DNA from: Octopus sinensis
Taxonomy: Eukaryota
Reading direction: 5' to 3'
DNA: 64,000 nucleotides
Assembly (NCBI RefSeq): GCF_006345805.1
Contig: NC_042999.1
Location: forward strand, 162,130,001-162,194,000
Each line of letters begins with the position of its first letter. The stretch's first letter is position 1. Positions 39,901 through 52,000 of this stretch are shown one piece after another. The notes beneath the pieces were generated by a model. It was given only the letters and a program-made list of their open reading frames with translations, was not told where the DNA came from and did no database searches. A program made the translations under genes and the position numbers.

Positions 39901-41853
39901 ACGAGAGATTTTGAGCTCCCATAAGGAGGCGAGTGTAGGTTCCATCCAACCGCCTCTCAAGCTTCTTTGATAACGTCCAGGTTTCTGAGCCATGTAGTAG
40001 AATTGGTTCGACTGTGGCTTTGAAGATTTCAAGTTTGAAGTCTCTACTTAGATTTGATGACCAGATCTCATGCATGTCATTACAGGCTGACCAGGCCATA
40101 CCCTTTCTAGTTAGAAAGTCTTTTCCAGATGATGATATGTATGACCCAAGATATTTGTAATCAGAAATTATGTCTCAGAGTTCGGTAATATTATGAGAAT
40201 ATTTTCAGATAGCTATTTATGATATGAGTAGCATCCTCAATTTTGATTCCACAGAGCCTGCATCAGACGTTGCAAGTAAAGGATTTACCTGCAACCTTAT
40301 CACTTTTTTTTTTTTTTCTAGTTTCAGCTCAGAGCTGCGGCCATGCTGATGCACCGCCGTTAAAGTGTGGTGAAAGAGTACAGCAGGGATCACCACCCCC
40401 TGCCAGAGCCTCGTGGAGCTTTTTAGGTGTTATCGCTCAATAAACACTCACAACGCCCGATCTGGGAATCAAAACCGCGATCCTACGACCGCAAGTCTGC
40501 TGCCCTAACCACTGGGCCATTGCGCCTCCACTGTACATCAAGTATTTCAAGGCTGCGTCCTACAGATGAATTGCAAAATGAGAACCTATATCTGGGTTGT
40601 TAGTCCAAGGAGTGACTACTTTAGTTGCCAATGTTGCTGTCACATTGAATCCTATAGGAAATATAGCCATGCATGCAACCTCTCTTTCGATAAGTTGTTG
40701 AGGCAGTGGTGTTTAACTTCTCTGAAGCTCCTTTTCACTTTCATGATGTTATCCACGTATACAAACTTGATTATTGGCAGGACTTCAACATTTGGTAGTT
40801 GGTAGATGTTGCTGAAGGGATGTAATATCACGTTAAATAATAGTTGGTGTTGATGTTAAACCTCTGCCACCTTGTTTTCATTTCAAGAATAGGTGTTCTA
40901 CATCTGTTGATCTGGAAAATCCAGGTAAGGATTAACAGCCCATCAATAGCCCAGATCTCATCCGGCATCCACTCAAGTAGCCTGAATATTAATAGTAGCA
41001 CTGGTACAGCAAACATATTGAGGGCTAATCAATTCATTGCATGTAGAAAGTTCCAAGGACCATATTTTCTTTATCCTGGTGTTGTATTCCCTAATTATGT
41101 GGTCTTTTCCATCAAAGGAAATGTTTTCAGATATCATAGAAATAGCCAGGCCATTGATAGTAATATTTCTAGATGGACTTGAATATCTTCCTCACTTAAC
41201 AATATAAGAATATTTATCCTGGCCAACTCCATTCCTATATTTTTTTAAGAATATCAAAACTAGGCCGTGTTCCTTTATACCATCTATATTCTTAGCATAT
41301 ATTTTCAGATCATCCAAAAAGAAGTAATGTGTTAGGTTAGTGTTTCTATCTTCCTGTGGACCAATTGCATATCCTTTAGATTTCATGAACAAAAAGGACT
41401 GGGAGGTTACTGAAAGTATAAACAGCATTATGAGATGGTCACTTTGAAATACCTCCATAATACTCTATTCTATCAGTAAAAGTATGACCTCTTCCTGTCT
41501 TTAACTTCAAAATGGTGGCCTAGGAGGAAGTCAGGTTGTCTATGGTTGTGATAATTGTATCTGGAATTATCTATGTATTATACCTACCTGCCTATTTGTC
41601 TACCTATCTTTCTACAAATACATACATGGTTGGTATATATATATATATATATATATAACAGGAAGGTTTACGAAAATAAACAAAAGACGAAGGCAGGTGG
41701 AGTACAAACAAATAATGTATTAGTATGGCGCTCAGGAATAGAAATAAAACAAGTCTTTTACGTTTCGAGCCTCTGCTCTTCAACAGAAAGATACACAGAA
41801 AAGAAACAAGGAGAGAAAAAAATGCGTGTAGGGGCTAACGATCCAACATGGCG

Positions 41854-41924
<71 letters not shown>

Positions 41925-41965
41925 TACATATATATATATACATATATATATATATACGTATATAC

Positions 41966-41996
<31 letters not shown>

Positions 41997-42975
41997 CGTA
42001 TATATACTATATATTTATAATATATATATATACTATATATATACTATATATTATATATATATATATATATAGGGAGAGTTTAATATATACTATATATATA
42101 TATATAGGGAAAGTTTACAAAAAAAACAAAAGACAGGTGGTGTACAAAACAAACAGATGTATTAGTATAACGCTCAGGAATAGAAAAAGTCTTTTACGTT
42201 TTCGTTTTGAGCCTACGCTCTTCTACAGAAAGGGACACAGAAAAAACAAGGAGAGAAAAAATGTGTGTAGTGGCTAACGATCTATCATGGCGCTTAATAT
42301 ATATAACCCTACACAAAGAAAAAAAGAATACTGACTGTAAGATTTAAGTTATGAATTACTGTCCCATACTGACGTAAGTTTAAACTTCAATAGTACAATG
42401 CAAAGCGCTATATAAACACAGAAGAGTAGTGTAATTTGATGTTATGTGATACAAGTAGGAATCATTGAACATGATAATGTCAGTATACTGCAATGTTATT
42501 TGGTGTAGTATAGTAACGTGTAGCATACTGGAATGTCAAGATATGTCATGTGTATAGTGCAATATGCATACTTTAGAAGGGTATTTTCAACTATAGTATA
42601 ATATACACAATAAGGGGAACATTATTGCTTTATCATCAGGTGTTGGAAAATGGTATCAAATATTATGTGATATCAACTATAATTTTTCTTTACTTATAGA
42701 TAATCTACCAAAATTTAAAAAAAAGGATATGTCTTCTCAGTTCTTTGAAGGCGTTGAATAATTTGATTGGATGGTATCGAATAAATTGCTGACATCTTCT
42801 TGTTGTACATACAGTATTTGACCAATGGACATTGGCTGTATAAATCAAACTTCACCTTCTTCAGGCGCAGGTCATCAACTGCCACTTCTGGCTACAAATT
42901 ATAACAGAAGATAACCTAAGTCTTTACCTATTAGTATTGACAGTAATAATTTTATATTCATCTCTCCCTCTCTCT

Positions 42976-43048
<73 letters not shown>

Positions 43049-46000
43049 ATATCAGATACAGAGAACTATATATAGAGGTTGAATTCAGAAAAATGTATAC
43101 GCACACTGAATGATTATAAAGATAATGTTTATTAAAAACATTTCACTTTCAAAATTTAATACAATTTGCAGACAGAATTTAATTTTTTTATGAACATCTG
43201 TTTTCACATTGCTTGCATACAGTTTTTCAAGATCAGTGACGAAAAGTTACTGGAAAAACGATATAAAGATTTGCATTGGGACTCCCTTCATCGACAACCG
43301 GTGACTGCCGTATGCTGAAGACAGACAAATACTATGCGTGTCACCTAGGTTGACGAGGGAGGAATGACCTCCCTTTGCAAATACCATAAGGGCACAGAAA
43401 GTGTGCCTAAAGCCAGCTAGAGGAGATGTTCTCCTGGGGCTACAAGCTACAGTAACACCCACCCTTAGTGGTTAGCCATATTGAGATGGCTAGTATACCT
43501 TACTTTATCTTTTAAGTATTCTCATAAAAAAGTCTGGTAGTGTGAGGTCCAGTGAATACAGAGGGTATCCTACTGAACCTCATTATCTAATCCACTTGTT
43601 AGGGAAAATCTCATAAAGACAGGCCCTTACAATAATATGGTGGTTTAGGGGTCCCCCATCTTGCTCAAAATAAAATTCCCCATCTTCAAAATCATGTTGA
43701 CAGATTGCCACAGCAATTCCAAGTAACTGAGATCAGTCACAGCACCATCAAAAATAGAATGGTTCGATTAATCCTTTTGATTATAAACTGTACCAAACTG
43801 TAACTCCTGAGAAATCAATATGTTCCTCCGTAACATACAGATTCTCAGGATTCCAGTAGGTGCAACTGCACTGTTTAATAAAGCCATTTAATTTAAATGT
43901 AACCTCATCACTCCAAGAAAATCTTTGTTGGAAAGTGTAGACCTTCAAAATATCTTGTTAAGTACTACTTGCAAAATTTCACTCTTCCATCTGTATCATC
44001 TTCATTGACAGCATGAGCTATTTTTGGAATGAAACTTTTCCAATGACAGTGCTTCAAAATAAGAAGGACACCTGATTTTGAAACTACTATCTCATGACTC
44101 ACTTCCTGCACAAATTTTCTTGAACTTTGACCAGACAGTAAGTCTCTGGTACCCTTTCTTGCTTTGTGGGGCTTATTGATGCCTGTGGTCTTCTGAAACA
44201 ATTTTAAGGTACCTTCCAGGAGTACATAGGAGTTATGGAATTGGTTCCTGAAATGAAGAGGGAACAAGGCTACTGGAGTTCTGTGGGGCATCCTTAAAGT
44301 CCTGAGGTACATGCCTACCCTCCAAATATTTATGAAGAGGTTGTGCAATTGCTTGAAAAGCTTCTGTCCACCATGCAAGTAGATTTCAGGTGGGACAGCA
44401 TCACTGCCAGGTGCTTGAAAAGAAGTGATCAGTTAAACAGTCTATCAATTACTGGAAGGTTGGCTCCAGAGACAAGTCTGTATTTCAGCATGCTGTGGAA
44501 TAGACATTATGATGTCATCATTAGTGACTGAGGTGGAGTTCAACACAGCTTTGAAGTGGTCTTTCCATCGTTTCAGGATGTCAGATTTGTCAGTTAGGAG
44601 TAACACTGTGCTATTAAGGACTATATACTTTCTTGAGACCATCATAGAAGGCTTAAGAATCCTTTCTGTCTGCAGCCTCTTGGAGTTCAGAAGCCTTGGA
44701 TAACTACCAAAACTCCTTCATCTGACTAAGAGCACACTGGACCTGGCCTTTGCATTTCTTATAAGCATTCTTTCTGCTGAATGAACTTTTATCATTGATC
44801 CATGTTTTACGAGAGCTGCGCATTTTATCTATCAACTGCTGGATATGTTTGCTGTTATAATTAAACCAATCTTGATATTTAAGAACAGAAAGTCTAATAA
44901 CCTCTCAGGATGCAGAGTGTGTTGCATCATGCGGAGCCTTCCAAGAAAATTCAATGTCGTCACTGATATCAATGGTGTTGAATGCAGTGTCCAACTTGTT
45001 AGAGAAATCAGCCTGCTTTTCAGGGGTTTTCAAAGGCAGAACATTCATGTGCTTAGGCACTGATGACTTTTGTAGTCTTGTGTGTTTCAGATGCAGTGTA
45101 AACTTACTATAAAGAAGAGAAAGGTCAGAGAGATAGCAGATGTTATGAAAGGAACATGTAATGTTAAAGTCTTTTATCTCTTGCTTCTTAATGATAATAT
45201 AATCTATGAGATGCCAATCTTTAGATCTAAGATGTATCCAAGTAGTTTTGCAACAATTTCACTGTTGAAAGAAGTAATCATAATGTCTAGACTGAATTCC
45301 CTGCAGACAGAGAACACACACAGACTGTTGGAGTTCATTTGACCTACACCATGATGACCAAGTACACCTTTCCATGTCAGATAGCCAGAACCAAGACAAG
45401 CATTAAAATTGCCCATAACAATAAGTATAATTCCTATGTTGACAACTGAAGATGACATCATGGAGTTGGTTGTAAAAATCATCCTTTTCCTGCTCAGAGT
45501 TGGCCATGGTTGGAGCATAGCAACTGATAAGCATTGCATAAGTGTTACAATCAAGTAACATCATTAGTGTCATGATGCAATCAGAAATATCTTTGGGTTA
45601 GAGAAGGAAAGGCCCTGCCTATTTCTGTCTTGATGGCGAAACAAAACACCAGAATGGCTTGGCTCGTCCTCATTTCTTCCAGACCAGGAAAATGCATACC
45701 CACCTTGGCTTTCTTCTAACTGTGATGATCCTACAAGATGAGTTTTACTGAGTGTGGCTATATCAATGTTGTACTTTTTTAGTTCAAGGTCAACCAGTGC
45801 TGCTTATTGTTCTGGCGCTGAGTGATTGGTATAATCAAATGGGTAATTACAAATACAAAAGATGAGAGATAGGTAGAGTCCAAAGGTATAAAGTTTGAAT
45901 GAGTGATTTACATGTCAGGCACAATAAAAGGGTTTGCTCATGTCGAGAGCAACAACTGCTTTTGCAAAACATCTCTAAAGTGAGAGTCCATTGGTGAGTG

Positions 46001-49000
46001 ATATAAGAGAGTGGGTCTCCAGTGGATGTGGCTCTGTAGAAATTGTGCTGGTGATCACTAAAGAGAGAGAGAGAGTCAAGGTGATAAAGAATATCATTGT
46101 TAATGTTTATCTCCATTGCTTTGGTATTCTTTTGTTTTGAGGATTTCCATGCACTAATATTTTTGTGTCTAGGCTACTGAATCTAATGTTGTTACTTATT
46201 TTATTTTATTTATATTTATTTATTGGTTCTATATTCTTTTTCAAATACATTTTTCCTGAACTTTACCAAGAAAATATTCTCATTAGTTGACTGTCCTTAG
46301 ATTTTTCTAGATCATCATTTCTCTGCAGCTTGCTTTCTTTCGCTTCTTTCTGCTGTCACTTTCATTAACCATCCTGACAATCAGTTACATTCAGCTTCAT
46401 TTTCACCGAGTTTTATCTTTTATTCCATTATGTCTGTGTATGTCATTTCTTCCTCTTAGCATCTTTAACTTACCATTTCCTTTACCATTCTTCTCTACAC
46501 AACAGCTGTAGCATTTACTACTTTATTCGTTTGGAGTCAATAAATGTTATTTGTTGGGCGTCACAATTATTTGAGTTACTTTAACAGAGATCATTTGTCA
46601 CTGTTCATGGTCTCTTCCCCAGGCTTTTTTCAGATTTTCACATGTCAACTTTTAGAAGGAAAATTAGTCCCACAGGGATATAATTTACCAAACACCCAAA
46701 GAGACATAAAAAATATATTTGTCTCTTGCCTAAAGAGTGATGAGTTTGTGTCTTATTAATTGTGAATTTACTCTACACTTTTTACTCTTTTACTTGTTTC
46801 AGTCATTTGACTGCGGCCATGCTGGAGCACTGCCTTTAGTCGAGCAAATCGACCCCGGGACTTATTCTTTGTAAGCCCAGTACTTATTCTATCGGTCTCT
46901 TTTGCTGAACCGCTAAGTGACGGGGACGTAAACACACCAGCATCGGTTGTCAAGCGACGGTGGGGGGGACAAACACAGACACACAAACACATACACACAC
47001 ATACATATATATACATATATACGACAGGCTTCTTTCAGTTTCCGTCTACCAAATCCACTCACAAGGCATTGGTCAGCCCAGGGCTATAGCAGAAGACACT
47101 TGCCCAAGATGCCACGTAGTGGGACTGAACCCGGAACCATGTGGTTGGTTAGCAAGCTACTTACCACACAGCCATACAAAACATACAAGAACACATTTCC
47201 CAATTAACAATGTCACTATTACCAATATTGAATTTCTGGTCAAGTGATTGTTAGCTGCAATAAAAATTCAAGTTGTGTGTTTTCCAACAGGAACAAAAGA
47301 AAAAATCTATGTCTTAAACACACATACCACCAACAATCATACACACATAAACATGAATAATATACACAGCTGTTCGTCCTTTTCTCTATTATATGCATAC
47401 ACGCTAGACATTTAAACTGAGAAAGGCCAATAGACTAATCAAAGGTTTAATAAGGATAATCAATAGTTCAGTGATATCAATCAATGGTTCACTAAAAATA
47501 CTAAGATTTACACATATGATTTATAAGTGGCTTATCATAAAAAGAGCCTCCATACATGTCACCTTACAGCCTAAATAAAACAAGCCATACTATCACTTCA
47601 GGGTCATACTGTCACTTATTAACTGAGAACTTTCACTTAAAATTCACATTTTAAAGCTGAACAATTTACTAAATAATTTCATTTTTTATAAATAACTTGC
47701 TATTTTGTAATTTATTGATTCCTGAATTTGGAGTCTAAAAACATTGCCTAAAGTTCTATATTAAACACACCACCAACACACACACTAAAAAAAAAAAAAA
47801 AAACGATTATTCACAAAAATCTTTGAACCAAGAAGTTTCCATTACTGTAACTATCTACCAACACCAACATCACAAGCACCATTGCCACCATAAAAGACAC
47901 TTATATCCCCATTACTAGCACTACTACCTTCAATATCACCAATGGCCCCAACACTAACATCACAACCAGTATCACAACACCACCTATCTACAGCTCTAAC
48001 ATCACACATTACTTCTTTCATAATTAAGACATAATAGAGAAACAAAGACAGATACATAAAAGATGTTAGTGTTACCTCACGAGTTTCCTTCTGTTTTGGA
48101 GTATCTTTTGTCACAGATGCTTTATGGCCCTCTTTCACTGAAGACACCTTGAATAGAGTTTTGTTCTCCTGATATTTTTGTTGATCCTCTAAATCTTGCA
48201 TGGTTATGTCTAGCTTAACTAATAAAATAAAACAGGTGTTAACTTTTATCAGATGTAATAGACAGGAGTAACACTAGCTCTATGGATGCTGACTGAATTC
48301 ATGGTTACATTGTAGTATTAAGATAATGGCCGAGGGGGTGATTAGAGAGAAAAAAGGAATAAACTATTATGAAGTTCAGCTAGTAGATATGGTTAATACA
48401 ATGTTTAACTTAGTGGTTGGATAGCTATTTAAAATAGCTATCCAGCAAACAGCATGCTTCAAATAATTCAAGAACAATTAAGGTGATAGCTATGAGATTA
48501 AAAAAGACGAGTAGAATGTGTTTTAATGTTGATGGAACTTGATATTCAGCTTAAACATCTGCATGTCAATGTCTACAGGAAAAATGTTGGTGAGAGGGAA
48601 TCATAATTTTATCTAAATGCTTACAAAAGAGTGAACTCCACTAAAGACACCCAAGTATTAGGTGGAGGTGTTAAACTGGAATTTCATTAAGTTGAGTAAC
48701 TGCATAGAAGCTCTCTTGTTGGCTTGTGGATAGAATGACTTTTATTGTGTACCTGATGTCAGTCTTGATCAAGCAGACCCATGACACATAGGTAATTAGC
48801 CAAATGACTATGTTCAACATAGAAACATCTGCAATTCTGGATATGTCATAATTTGCTGAGTCAAGGACCAAACTACACAACTCCAGCATGAAGTAATTAA
48901 GTTTATGTGGTACAGTGTTGCAGTCTGGGCATACTGTTTATCTTCATTGTCTATTCTTTTCTATCTTAATCAACTGTTTAAAATCAATATGCAATACTCA

Positions 49001-52000
49001 CAGAGAGTGAATTGTGGTCGTCTGTAAAGCATCAACATGTCATGAAAGATCACTTTATTGCAGTATAAAGGCTCTTTCCAACCTGCATTCCATCAACATT
49101 TTCACACTTCAAAGTTTGTCTCCCACATTTTTTCTACACCACATTTATGACTTGATAGCAATTACTTGAATCACACACACTCTTGTGCAGTTGGTATCAC
49201 ATCCATTCTCCAATAAAATTTCATATACAAGCATATCCAGATGATGCCTAATAACTTTATGTCAAACCTGTACTATTATATAAAACAGAAAGTATGTAAA
49301 GATTCCCCAATAGGAACATCAAAAGCAGAGACACAATGTTTACATACTGAGGAAACTCATAATATTGAATCATCCCCTAAATAATGCGGTTTTTTTCAAT
49401 TGCATGAACTAAAAGTTGGAGGGGGACAGGATAAACTACCTGCATCAACTTGTTATAAGAAGCAGGTAGTAATTTTACCTTGGGCTTATTCTTAGTGCAA
49501 GTTTTGAAGAGTGCAGTTCAATTTTAAGTTATTTTATCAAAGCTATAATGGAAGTGACAAAGGAACTTCTTCGGCATATTTTGCTTTATGAGTTCAAAAA
49601 AGGTAACAATGCAATGGAAAGTGTGAGGAATAGTAATGCAGTATATGGGGATTGGACAATAAGCATAAACCAACGTCAATGGTGGTTCCAGAAATTCCAA
49701 GCCAGAAACTACAGCCTAGAAGATGAGCCTCATCCTCGAAGATCTATACAGCTTGATGAGGATGTCCTGCAAACCCTGGTGGAACAAAATCCCATCGTAA
49801 CTGTTGAGGAACTAGCAGAGAAGCTTGGAGTGGGTCATTCAACCATTCATTGACACCATCGGAAATGTCAGCAAATTGGGTCAATGGGTTCCTCACAAAC
49901 TTTCTGAGTCTAATTGCATGCAGAGAGTGAATGTGTGCTCTTCTTTGCTGTCACAGCTCACAAATGAACCTTTTTTTGGACCAAATAGTAACTGGTAATG
50001 GGAAATGGGTTCCCTATAAAAATGTCAAGTACCAAAGACAATGGGTAGGGAAACGAGAAACACTGGCACCCCTGGCTAAAGAAAGTGTTCACCCATGTAA
50101 GGTGTTATTATCTGTTTGGTGGGATATGAAAGGTTTAGTCCACTTTGAACTTTTAGACCCAAACCAAACGATAACAAAGGAGATTTACTGTGAACAGCTT
50201 GAGTGGCTTAAGTGAGTGCTAGAAGAAAAGTGACCATCTTTGGTTTCAAAATGAAAGGTGTTCTTCCATCAGGATAATGCTTGGCTACATACTGTGAGGA
50301 TGACATTCCAAAGGCTGGAGCAGTTTGAATGGGAAGCGATGACCCACCCACCATATTCGCCAGACATTGCCCCATCTGATTATCATTTATTCTGCATTCT
50401 TCAAAAGCATTTGGACAGTAAAAATATGAATTCTGTAGATGAGGCCAGAACAGTACTGGAGGAGTATTTTGCATCACAGACAAGTGAATTTTGGAAGAGG
50501 GGTCTTGCCAGTCTACCAGATAGATGGAAGAGCATTGTAGAAAATGAATGAGATTATATTTTAAATAAAAAAAAATATTGTTTATCTTAGTTTTGAAAAA
50601 TAAAAGAAGTATAAAAAACTATATTATTTATGGGATGACCCAATACTATGTCCGTTCTCTACCTAAACAACACATAAGTAAAATCTTCAAACTCTTCACA
50701 AACATCAGGTTTTACATTCTCTTAAGATTTTCTTGACAACTTCACATAGGCGCAGGCGTGGCTGTGTGGTAAGTAGCTTGCTTACCAACCACATGGTTCC
50801 GGGTTCACTCCCACTGCGTGGCACCTTGGGCAAGTGTCTTCTACTATAGCCTTGGGCCGACCAAAGCCTTGTGAGTGGATTTGGTAGACGGAAACTGAAA
50901 GAAGCCCGTCGTATATATGTATGCGTGTCTATGTTTGTGTGTCTGTGTTTGTCCCCCTAGCATTGCTTGACAGCCGATGCTGGTGTGTTTATGTCCCCGT
51001 AACTTAGCGGTTCGGCAAAAGAGACCGATAGAATAAGTACTGGGCTTACAAAAGAATAAGTCCCGGGGTCGAGTTGCTCGATTAAAGGCGGTGCTCCAGC
51101 ATGGCTGCAGTCAAATGACTGAAACAAGTAAAAGAGTAAGAGTAAAGAGTATCTATTATTTAGCTAAGACTGCAACCAAAAGACTGACTTTTCTTTCTAA
51201 GAGCATAACCTAAAGCAAAAGAACCACCAGTATTATAGTTGTATTAAAATATCTGGGCCAGTGCACCTAATATACAAACATTCTGAATATATATATATAT
51301 ATATATAAATGACAGGATATTCTGAGACCTTTTGTGAAACTGCTACCAATTTAAAGAGATTTTTTAAAAGCAGGAGGCTTGTGTAATAGCTATTTAACTA
51401 ATATAGATAATTACTATAACCAGAGTAATGTAAAATATACATTTAGTTACCAGGTTTGTTAGACAAAATTGAGTTAGTCAGCATCTCAGCAATAGTCTCA
51501 GTTCTCTCTCCAGTCAGCTCAGCCATCTTATCTCGTTCTTTATTAGCAGCTCCTGGCTGGGGTGTGACTCCTGAAAATACATTTAAAAAAGAAACAAAGC
51601 TCAATACAAAAGAAACTAGCAAATAATTCTTAATTTCAGCATGATTAGAGGCACTGAAATAAGAAGATAATAAACAGGGACTGATAACAACAGGAGTAGA
51701 CAATAGCATGAATAAATAATTGTAGTAATGCTGCTGTGTAAGGTTCAGCGCACATGCGCAGAATGGGATTATTTCCGGTTGGCCACCGGAAGTCTTCCTC
51801 ATGCGCATGTGCAGGAAACTGACCCCTAAAACGCGGTTCGCTCATTCATTCTTTCTGGCCCAAGCAGCACTCGAGAACGGACGTGTACTGGCAGTCTCTG
51901 AGGACTTCACACCAACCAAGCAGCAAACCACAACGAATCATTTCGACTAACAAACAAGAATCAGTACTACAGATTTGGCTGTTGGTTTCCCTCCAGAGAA

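Larger units (their letters stand above)
41655..42292 (-). repeat. Two direct ~200-bp repeats (41655-41852, 42105-42292) separated by a (TA)n-rich tract
   Basis: Direct comparison of the two units. Confidence 0.9.
37682..42730 (-). other. Probable U12-type (minor spliceosome) intron with AT-AG termini
   Basis: 5' ss ATATCCTTT at 42730-42722; branch TTCCTTAAT at 37702-37694; 3' ss ctccag ending at 37682. Confidence 0.7.

Noticed and set aside
41555-42277. Longest ORF in the track (240 aa)
   Set aside because: It runs through (TA)n and the two hammerhead-bearing repeats on the opposite strand and has no protein-like composition.
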